The notes under the pieces: model-generated | The model's input: the letters and a program-made list of their open reading frames with translations, nothing else | Told to the model about the DNA's origin: nothing | The model's database searches: none | NCBI GenBank assembly: GCA_964016885.1 | Contig: OZ024740.1 | Coordinates: 339,574,001-339,638,000, forward strand | Direction: 5' to 3' | Length of the DNA: 64,000 nucleotides | Origin: Eledone cirrhosa | Taxonomy: Eukaryota | Made by a program: the position numbers and the translations under genes | In this document: positions 1 to 10,249 of the stretch, piece after piece | Layout of the letters: each line of letters starts with the position of its first letter | Position numbering within the stretch: the first letter of the stretch is position 1

Positions 1-157
1 TCATAAATTGCTGCCACATTTTACTTGACATCCAAGCAAGTTTCATTACTGCTACACAAAGTAATTAATGGCTTTAAATTTTTATTTTATTTCTTTGTGT
101 ATGAGTGTGTTTTTAAATTTCTAAATTTCTCTTCTGATAGCACACACACATATAATT

Positions 158-401
158 ATCATCATCATCGTTTAACGTCCATCTTCTACGCTTCCATGGG
201 TTTGGACGGGAGTTTTCCCACTTGAGGCAAGATTGGTTGTGCTGCTCGTATAGGACTGTCTGGCAGGTTTTCTACGGCTGGATGCCCTTCCTAACACCAA
301 CCACATTTACAGTGTGGACTGGGAGGTTTTGACCGTGTTACCTACACGGCCACATTACAGCGTGGACTGTGTGTTTTTTTGTCATGACACCTACACGACC
401 T
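158..401 (-). mobile_element. RTE LINE 3' UTR fragment with (GAT)n tail
   Basis: Closely matches the 3' end of the RT-bearing copy at 5591-5845 (cgtttaacgtccatcttctacgctt...gacacctacacga); ends at a TA tract. Confidence 0.9.
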
Positions 402-434
402 ATATATATATATATACCTTTTACATATATATAT

Positions 435-503
435 AACGAAAGAATTGTGGTAAGGAACCAGATGGACCATAACGCACCAGAGTACTCAATACTTAGGGTA
501 GTA
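435..503 (-). mobile_element. Fragment of the HHR-associated (probably Penelope-like) repeat seen at 7930-8121
   Basis: Reverse complement of 8053-8121 (tactaccctaagtattgagtactctggtgc...ccttaccaca); flanked by TA tracts. Confidence 0.7.
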
Positions 504-553
504 TATATATATATAAGATAATAGACGTAAATAGAGTGAACGACAGAATAAGA

Positions 554-666
554 CAGACAGCCAGTCCTATACGAGCAAGACAACCAATCTTGCCTCACGT
601 GGGACAATTCCCATCCAAACCTATGCAAGCGTGGAAGATGGACGTTAAATGATGATAATGATGATG
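554..666 (+). mobile_element. RTE LINE extreme 3' tail
   Basis: agtcctatacgagcaagacaaccaatcttgcctcacgtggg...ggacgttaaatgatgat matches the reverse complement of the RTE 3' ends at 42318 and 57881. Confidence 0.85.
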
Positions 667-854
667 CTATATATATATTATATATATATATACATTTTAT
701 TATATAATATATATTATATAACATCATATATATATATATATATATTTATTTATTAAAATAACAGATTAAAGTTTAAGCAAAGAATTGCTTTCACCCTTTG
801 GATTTTAGTCTTCAAATTTATTATTATTACTGTGTGTGTGTGTGTGTGTGTGTG

Positions 855-911
<57 letters not shown>

Positions 912-1037
912 AAGTTTTATTTAAAATTGTTGGGTTACAACAAGTAAATATTTTATAACTGATATAAAGCACTCGACAAGTTTTGGAGTAGATATACGAT
1001 ATTAAACAAATGGAAACTATATTTATAAAACCATATT

Positions 1038-1103
1038 TATTTCATTATACATATTTCGGGGATACCATATTAAAAATATGGCATGCCTTCTTCAGATAAA
1101 ATA
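1038..1103 (-). ncRNA. Type I minimal hammerhead ribozyme motif (mirror copy)
   Basis: Exact reverse complement of 1244-1309. Confidence 0.8.
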
Positions 1104-1243
1104 CAATATATAAACAGTTTTATAAATAACTTTGACGTACCATAAATATTGAGCAACCGTTATGTAGGAAACCGGCTTCCTACATAACAGTTGCTCAATA
1201 TTTATGGTACGTCAAAATTATTTATAAAACTGTTTATATATTG

Positions 1244-1309
1244 TATTTTATCTGAAGAAGGCATGCCATATTTTTAATATGGTATCCCCGAAATATGTAT
1301 AATGAAATA
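1244..1309 (+). ncRNA. Type I minimal hammerhead ribozyme motif
   Basis: Stem I TATTTTAT/ATGAAATA; core CTGAAGA (1252-1258); stem II ATGCCATATT/AATATGGTAT; GAAA (1290-1293); short quasi-palindromic stem III ATATGTAT; predicted cleavage after A1301. Confidence 0.8.
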
Positions 1310-1349
1310 AATATGGTTTTATAAATATAGTTTCCATTTGTTTAATATC

Positions 1350-1447
<98 letters not shown>

Positions 1448-1492
1448 GATATTAAACAAATGGAAACTATATTTATAAAACCATATTTATTT

Positions 1493-1830
1493 CATGGCTT
1501 AGTGGTTAGAGCATTGGCCTTGCAATCGAAAGGTTGTGAGTTCAATTCTCAGACCGGGTGGTGAGTTGTTTCCTTGAGCAAGACACTTTATTTCACATTG
1601 CTCCAGTTTACTCAGCTGTATAAATGAGATGATAGGGACTGGGATCCATATCATTCCACTGCAAAAGTGGTCGTGGAGGTGCCATGGCAAAAAAGCACCC
1701 AGCACTCACTGTAAATGAGGTTGGTGTTAGGAAGGGCATCCAGCTGTAGAAATCAAGCCAGAATCAGTTCCCATCCCACCCTTGCAAGCAGGGAAAAGCG
1801 GACGCAAAATGAAATGAAATGATAAATGAT
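1493..1830 (+). mobile_element. tRNA-derived CORE-like SINE with RTE-like tail
   Basis: Box A tggcttagtggtt, box B gagttcaattc; CORE-like ccttgagcaagacacttt...cagtttactcagctgtataaatg; tail ggttggtgttaggaagggcatccagc shared with RTE; (AAATG)n end; second copy at 47777-48114. Confidence 0.85.
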
Positions 1831-2144
1831 ATTTATATTTATATGTTATATATTTATATACTATATATTTATATATATTATATATATACATTATATAATA
1901 TAATATATATTATATAACATATATCATATATATATATAGGATAACAAATTATCATTATAGGTAATCCAGTTAGAGGTTGTGAGTACTCCGTATTGAGGAT
2001 AGTTTTGGCGTACGGCATTGTTTGACTCAACAAGAGGTTTCCTTAGGTTGCGAGCTTGCGAGTTCTCAGGAATTCCTATGCAGGTTAATCTTGGAGTAAT
2101 AATAGTGAAAGAGTGAAGAATAACATATGTATATATACATATAC

Positions 2145-2225
<81 letters not shown>

Positions 2226-2230
2226 CATAT

Positions 2231-2614
2231 AAAACCTACTACAGCCAGTAGGCATCTCTAACAAAATACACCCCGTCCCACCACCCCCACCCCATCCACA
2301 CCACCCCTTCTATGTAAAGTTATGTTGGTGCCACACCATCCAGGCCGAAACAAATGAGATCGTGTAGGTGTCACGACAAAAAAACACAGTCCACGCTGTA
2401 ATGTGGCCGTGTAGGCAACACGGTAAAAACCTCCCAGACCCACACTGTAAATGTGGTTGGTGTTAGGAAGGACATCCAACTGTAGAAAACCTGCCAGACA
2501 GTCCTATGCGAGCAAGAAAATCACTCTTGCCTCAAGTGGGAATACCCCCGTCCAAACCCATGCAAGCGTGGAACACGGACGTTAAACGTTGATGATGATG
2601 ATGATGATGATGAT
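2231..2614 (+). mobile_element. RTE LINE 3' UTR with (GAT)n tail
   Basis: Reverse complement of 5591-5968; TA tracts on both sides. Confidence 0.9.
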
Positions 2615-3018
2615 ATATATATACATATATATATACACACACACACATTTACATTGTGTGATATTTTAGAGAGGTAAAAGTGGAAGGAGTACCCAATTTA
2701 CCAGGGAAGTTGAAAAGCTTTAAATAATGAGTGCGATTAACATCATCATTGGCATCATTATCACCATTATCATAATCATCTTTGTCATAATTACCACCAC
2801 CATCATCAACCTCATTGTCATCATTACTATCATTACTATCATTGTCATGGTTATCATTATTATCATCACTGTGATGTTGTCCATATTGGTAACATTCTGA
2901 GATTTAGCTTAACAACTTCCTTCTATAATCAATGTCATAATTATTTTATAAGTATATTACAAGAAGTGTGTCTCTCTCTTGCTTCCTCTCTCCTTTCTTT
3001 CTCTTCTCTCTCTCTCTC

Positions 3019-3075
<57 letters not shown>

Positions 3076-3101
3076 CTGTGTATATATATGTATCTGTGTA
3101 T

Positions 3102-3218
3102 AGTTGAAATAAAATGAAAACGAAATTTCATTTCTCACTCTTAGTATGGCACTTACTTAAATGTAAGTATGTATGTATACGTACATACATATATGTATAC
3201 AGACGTACAGTAGCATGC

Positions 3219-3249
<31 letters not shown>

Positions 3250-3366
3250 CATACAGGTACACATACATATATGCATGCATCAGTTTAGCGGACGCTTATT
3301 ATAACGCCGCTTTGTTCGTTTGTAAACTGATGCGTGCATATATGTATGTGTACCTGTATGTATATG

Positions 3367-3426
<60 letters not shown>

Positions 3427-3859
3427 TGCTACTGTACGTCTGTATACATATATGTAAGTACGTATACATACATACTTACATTTAAGTAAGTGCCATACTA
3501 AAAGTGAGAAATGAAATTTCGTTTTCATTTTATTTCAACTTATCGTTTTCGGTATGCCTGACCGATTTAACTCACTCAATATGCAAATTAGGCTGCTCAG
3601 CCGTTAATTTTCATAAGGAAAGTATATACTTTCGAACGTTCAACTATCTGGCAGACGGGTATACGGTGCTGATGATAGCTAACAAGCTTGAAACTAGTAC
3701 ATCGTTCCTGTGTCAGTGTTGAACAAAAAGGTGACGTGGTTGCCTTAACACCGTATGGCATAAATTCAGGCTGTTCAGTTTGTTTACAAACGAACAAAGC
3801 GGCGTTATAATAAGCGTCTGCTAAACTGATGCGTGCATATATGTATGTGTACCTGTATG

Positions 3860-3905
<46 letters not shown>

Positions 3906-3961
3906 TGCTACTGTACGTCTGTATACCATATATGTATGTACGTATACATACATACTTACAT
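3102..3961 (+). mobile_element. Non-coding HHR-bearing element (retrozyme/Penelope pLTR-like): inverted part plus ~1.3 tandem copies of a 499-bp unit
   Basis: taaactgatgcgtgcat recurs at 3323 and 3822; 3102-3327 is an inverted copy; HHR at 3663-3705. Confidence 0.75.
3663..3705 (+). ncRNA. Type I minimal hammerhead ribozyme motif
   Basis: Stem I ACGGTG/CATCGT; CTGATGA (3669-3675); stem II AGCT-aaca-AGCT; GAAA (3690-3693); palindromic stem III ACTAGT; predicted cleavage after A3699. Confidence 0.85.
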
Positions 3962-4010
3962 ATCTGTGTATATATATATATGTATCTGTATATATATATA
4001 TATGTATCTC

Positions 4011-4041
<31 letters not shown>

Positions 4042-4044
4042 GTA

Positions 4045-4179
4045 TCATCATCATCATCATCATCATCACCGTTTTATGTCCGTTCTTCCACGCTAGCATG
4101 GGTTAGACGGGTTGTCCTGTTGTGGGCAGTGTCTGGTCGGCTGACCATGCCTTGCTCATACAGGAACTGATTTGGCTTG
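4045..4179 (-). mobile_element. 3' tail of a related RTE/SINE subfamily
   Basis: (CAT)n then ccacgctagcatgggttagacggg...gaccatgccttgctcatacaggaactgattt; similar copies near 44185-44320 and 55940-56215. Confidence 0.7.
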
Positions 4180-4335
4180 ATGTACTGTATCTATATATGT
4201 ATATATATATATGTATGTATCTATATATGTATGTATCTATATATGTATATATCTATATATGTATATATCTATATATGTATATATCTATATATGTATATAT
4301 ATATATGTGTATGTATCTATATATGTATGTATGTA

Positions 4336-4473
<138 letters not shown>

Positions 4474-4476
4474 GAA

Positions 4477-5096
4477 AAAATGAAACGAAATTTCATTTGT
4501 CACTCTTAGTACGGCTCTTACTTAAATATAAGTATGTATACGTACATACATATATGTATACAGACGTACAGTAGTATGTATATATATACATACATGCACA
4601 TATATATATATGTTCGTATCAGTTTACAAAACATTTATTATAATGCTCGGTTTGTTTGTAAACAAACAGCCCGAATTAAGCCATACAGTGTTTAGCAACC
4701 ATCGTTGCCCTTTTGTTAAACACTGACAAAGGAACGATGTACTAGTTTGAAGCTTATTAGCTATCGTCAGCATCGTATACCTTCTTGCCAGATGATTGAA
4801 CGTCTGAAAGTATATACTTTCCTTATGCATATTAACGGCTGAGCAGCCTAATTTGCATATCAGCGCCTGGCCGACTAACTCACTCGATATGCAAATTAGG
4901 CTGCTCACCCGTTAATATGGTTGCTAAACACTGTATGGCTTAATTCGGGCTGTTTGTTTACAAAGAAACTGAGCATTATAATAAATGTTTGGTAAACCCA
5001 TACGTACATATATATATGTGTGCATGTATGTATATATATACATACTACTGTATATCTGTATACATATATGTATGTACGTATACATACTTATATTTA
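4477..5096 (-). mobile_element. Second, diverged copy of the HHR-bearing ~500-bp element, also folded back
   Basis: 4477-4861 is a minus-strand homologue of the unit in 3323-3961; 4865-5096 is a plus-strand copy with an internal deletion. Confidence 0.75.
4734..4776 (-). ncRNA. Hammerhead motif with core mutation (GAAA->CAAA), probably inactive
   Basis: Minus strand reads ACGATG CTGACGA tAGCTaataAGCTt CAAA CTAG TA CATCGT. Confidence 0.65.
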
Positions 5097-5154
5097 TATA
5101 TATACATTTATAGATATATATATGTATCTATAAATGTATATATATATATGTATC

Positions 5155-5233
<79 letters not shown>

Positions 5234-5396
5234 ATCTATATATGTGTATATATATAATATATATATATGTGCGTGTATATATTTATATATGTATCTATAT
5301 ATATAAATATGTATAAAAGAGTTCAGGATTCCTTTCCCTTTGAGCACATTATTGACAGGGAATAGCGAGAGTCTATGGCTCCGTTAATTTATCGTG

Positions 5397-5513
<117 letters not shown>

Positions 5514-5590
5514 TATATACATATATATATACATATATATATATCTACATATATATATGTATATATATATATACATACATATACATACAT

Positions 5591-7643
5591 ATCATCATCA
5601 TCATCATCATCATCGTTTAACGTCCATCTTCTACGCTTGCATGGGTTTGGACGGGAGTTTTCCCACTTGAGGCAAGAGTGTTTGTCATTGCTCGCATAGG
5701 ACTGTCTGGCGGGTTTTTACAGCTGGATGCCTTCCTAACACCAACCACATTTACAGTGTGGGGCTGGGAGGTTTTTACCGTGTTGCCTACACGGCCACAT
5801 TACAGCGTGGACTGTGTGTTTTTTTTTGTCGTGACACCTACACGATCTCATTTGTTTCAGCCTGGATGTTGTGGCACCAACATAACTTTACATTGAAAGG
5901 GGTGGTGTGGATGGGGTGGGGGGGGGGGGTATTTTGTTAGAGATGCCTACTGACTGTAGTAGGTTTTACTTTGTATTTAGGTAAGGCGGGTTTTCTCTAT
6001 TACTGAGTACCGCCAAAGGTCTCGGTCCAGTGACATTGTCTTGGAGAGGTGTAAGTGTGTGAGGTCGGAATTTATCAGCTCGTCACAGGTTTTTCTCGGT
6101 CTGCCTACTCCATGGCTACCGTCTATCTTTATTGCCCTGCACTTTGTTATACAGCTGTCGTCTTTCATGCGCATCACGTGACCATACCAACGTAGCCTTC
6201 TCTCGAGTAAACAACATCTGATCCCTCTTATTTCTAATTTTTTCCTTAGTTCGCTTATGCTTTGCCGTTCACATATATTACTATTACACATCCAGCGGAG
6301 CATGGAAGCTTCATTCCTCTCTAGTCTGCGTATATCCTCTGCACACAATGCCCAGGTCTCACTGCCATGCAACATTGCTGTTCGTATGCAGGCATCATAC
6401 AACCTGCCTTTCATTTTTAAGGAGAACCCTTTAGCGGCTAATAGTGGTATAAGCTCTCTGAACTTTTTCCATCCAGTTCTGACTCTAGCTACTGTACTTT
6501 CAGAGCACCCTCCCCCACTGCTGATTTTGTCACCCAGGTAATGGAAGCTGTCCACTATTTCTATAGAACCCTCTGCGCAGTTGAAAGAGCTAGTATTCTG
6601 TGGGCACTTGCTGCTACTTATTTCACCAGAGCACCGGCCACATGTAAAATCTATGTTCTTAGTTAGCTTACCTGTGATCCCACTACATCTTTTATGTACC
6701 CATACTTTGCATTTGGGACATAAAATGGAGTTTCTACCTACGCCTTACCTACACACTGAGCATGGCCATTTCCCGGAAGGGCCCGGCGCCTTATTTTCTT
6801 TCCTACAAACTAGAACTTTAGTCTTAGCCAGGTTAATTTTAAAGCCTTTTGATTCTAGGCCGGGCCTCCATGTTTGGAATTTCTTCTCTAGCTCGGCCAT
6901 TGATTCAGCTATGAGCGTTAGATCATCTGCGTATAGGAGTTCCCATGGGCAGCCGGTCTTGAACTCCTCTGTTATAGCCTGAAGGGCAATAATAAATAGT
7001 AGGGGGCTAAGAACAGAGCCCTGATGGACACCAACTTTTACGCTAAACTCTTCGCTATATTCGTTGTTAATTCTAACCTTGCTGACTGTTTCTTTATACA
7101 TGGTTTGTATAGCTCTCACAAGCCATTCGTCAACACCTAGTTTTCTAAGAGCCCACCAGATAATGGAACGGGGGACTCTGTCGAAGGCTTTCTCGAGGTC
7201 GACAAAAGCTAAGTATAGGGGTTTACTTTTAGCTAGGTACTTCTCCTGTAGTTGTCGTACAATGAAAAGAGCGTCTGTGGTACTTTTGCCTGACACAAAC
7301 CCGAACTGCATTTCATCTAGATCAATTCTCTCTCTGATTAGTTGCGCTATTACTTTTTCCGTGACCTTCATGACCTGGTCGATTAATTTAATGCCTCTAT
7401 AGTTACTCCTATCTAGGGCGTCTCCTTTACCCCTGTAACAGTTAATGATGATGCTGCTACGCCAGTTCTTCGGAACAACCCCATTCTGTATGACTTGGTT
7501 TACTATCCGGGTGACCATGGTGTGTCCCACCGTTCCAGAGGCTTTCAGCATCTCAGCAACTATTTCCGAAGGCCCAGCCGCCTTACCCGTCTTCATATCT
7601 TTGATTGCCTTACTTATTATACTACCTTCGACTAACACTGCTG
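5591..7643 (-). mobile_element. 5'-truncated RTE-clade LINE (RT, C-terminus and 3' UTR)
   Basis: RT motifs NYRGIKL, QFGF, FVDLEKAFD, GVHQGSVLSP, YADD, YLG; RTE-type C-terminus RLRWYGHVMR...GRPRKT; (GAT)n tail. Confidence 0.95.
5977..7643 (-). pseudogene. RTE reverse transcriptase reading frame with one in-frame stop (TAA, 6745-6747)
   Basis: ORFs 6745..7689 and 5977..6555 are in the same frame; the copy at 43101-44030 has AAA (Lys) at the stop position. Confidence 0.9.
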
Positions 7644-7929
7644 ATGTATATATGTATATATATATATGTATATATATACATACATACATTTACATACATA
7701 TGTATATATATATACATACACATACATACATATATTATATATGTAACTATGACTGTCTATTGCGCAAACTTACGACGCTAGACATAAACCAATCATGCCC
7801 TTCAAAACTATACACAAAAGCATTTCCAGTAGATCAACAACCAAACCTACACCAATTATCCGTATCGAAGTGACATGCCACCAGGCTGCAGCTGTCATGC
7901 ATGTTTTTTTGTATAACTATATATATATA

Positions 7930-8119
7930 AAATTGTTCAAGACCCCGACAGCAGAGCTCAAGCCGTTTCGACGGCTATTTCATCCAGAAATAGCCTGCGA
8001 AACGACTTGAGCTCTGCCGTCGGGGTCTTGAACAATTTCCTATTACGCACTCTACTACCCTAAGTATTGAGTACTCTGGTGCCTTATGGTCCACCTGGTT
8101 CCTTACCACACTGCCTTCG

Positions 8120-8121
<2 letters not shown>
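7930..8121 (+). mobile_element. Fold-back fragment carrying the 3' half of a hammerhead motif (probable Penelope-like terminus)
   Basis: 109-bp hairpin 7930-8038; arm consensus GAAA-CGGC-ttgagctct-GCCG-TC-ggggtc; downstream part repeated at 435-503. Confidence 0.6.
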
Positions 8122-8164
<43 letters not shown>

Positions 8165-9579
8165 TGGGGCTGTGTATACAAAAAGTAAACAGAAATAAAA
8201 AAGATTAACGTTTGATATAGTGTCTTAACGTTTCCAGTACTAGTCCTTCATCGGAAAATTGAATGATAAATATAAGTTGGACTAGAAAGATAGAGAGTGA
8301 GAAGAGGAAAGAATGGAAAAACTACTTTTTTTTTTAGAAAAACATGCGTATATTCAGTCAGCCAAATATATATAATTAACGGTTAGCAATGAATATAATA
8401 AGTAATTTATCATGCATGCAATGATTCACCAAGCTTCAGTCAATATCTCCATTCTGTTTTCTTAGTCCCCCAGGCCATATATGGGGAGTTTAAAATTAGC
8501 TGTCCGTGGGATCTCTTATACGCTGATGGATGACATGTTTCATACAGCAGAATCTGTTTTACAAGTAGAGAAATAAATTTCAGACATGGAAGCAAAATTT
8601 TGAACTGAAAGGCTTCAACATAGTTTTTTGAGGACTATATTATTCTATATATTTATATAATTATATAAAATACTATATTATTATATAAAATATCCTTACT
8701 TTCATTTTAAAGATATTTGGATGTGATTTGTGAAAGATTTGACTGTTATTTGTAACAAATATTTGTCTCACCTCAATTTTATTGACATCAGCATGTGAAG
8801 TAATGATTCCCAGTCTTTTCACTACCAAGCCTCTATATATAATGAATTGCTCAATGAACCCCAGGGCTAAATGTCTGTCTAGTCAATAAATTCTTGGTGT
8901 TGCTCGTTTTTGTTCCAATATGGACAGCGCATGAACTCTCTCTTGCAAAAAATGCAACACAATACACATCAAACATACAAGTGTCACCAAAAGTTTACTG
9001 CTATCTCCTTCCCAGCGGTGCTACTGCACAATCTATACTATTGTTGTGAATTTCTAGGAGTTTGTAGGCCAAAGGTTGCAGCAGGGGGATTGCTGATATA
9101 AAGTAATGTTTAAAATTTCATGTGACTTACATATATAATCTATTTATATCTATGATATTAAATTCTTAGATGGAAAGAATTTGCCATTTCAAATTATCAT
9201 ACTAAAATAAGCTATTAAATATTCTTACTATTAATTATTTTTATTTTTGAAAACAAACATATTTTTGATGTGTTATTTGTTAATAATTATATAATCCCTG
9301 TTTTTTATGTTGAACTTTAATCCAAAATAGAACTCATTATATTTTGCCAAAATTTCTCCATGATGTCAATCACTTTCAATTTCTCTTCATTATAACTGAA
9401 TTCTAAGTCTTTTGTTAATGATGTCTGTTGATTGAAACAAAACTACTTTACTGATATAATTGGACAGTACAAATATCTAAATATCTATAACACTCAAGTG
9501 AAGATTACAGTTTCTCAATAAGTTATTAGCATTAAAACATGTCACTGCAGTATTGAAATTCATTCATATATGTACATAT

Positions 9580-9660
<81 letters not shown>

Positions 9661-9846
9661 AATATATATATACAGACATTTTAATTTGAACAGTTCTTCA
9701 GAAACATGTTATAAAGTTATTTACTACGATAAAAATAATGATTTATATTTTAAGTAGAAATTTTACCATTTTTTTTTATTTTTCCAATATAATTTCATTT
9801 CATTTCTTGAAAATAAAAATTGAAACCAAAAATAATTATTGAAAAG

Positions 9847-9888
<42 letters not shown>

Positions 9889-10102
9889 CATGTGTGTGTG
9901 TGCGCGCGCACATGTATATATATATATATAAATAGATATATATATATATGCATATAAATGTATGTATATTTATATACCTATATTTACATATATATATTTA
10001 TATACACATATATACACACATATATATACATATATATATATATACATATACATATGTATATATACATATGTATATACATATGTATAAATATACATATATA
10101 TG

Positions 10103-10164
<62 letters not shown>

Positions 10165-10212
10165 TATACATACATACATCATTCATCATCATTTAACATC
10201 CATTTTCAACGC

Positions 10213-10249
<37 letters not shown>

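Larger units (their letters stand above)
992..1355. repeat. 364-bp near-perfect palindrome, one HHR in each arm
   Basis: The 182-bp arms are reverse complements with about 3 mismatches; centre at 1173/1174 with no spacer. Confidence 0.95.

Noticed and set aside
1493-1560. tRNA gene
   Set aside because: Boxes A and B are present but acceptor and anticodon stems do not pair, and it continues into CORE-like SINE sequence
6257-7873. Plus-strand ORFs over the RTE (also 43021-44148) and minus-strand ORFs over the PLE
   Set aside because: Antisense shadows of the real RT frames
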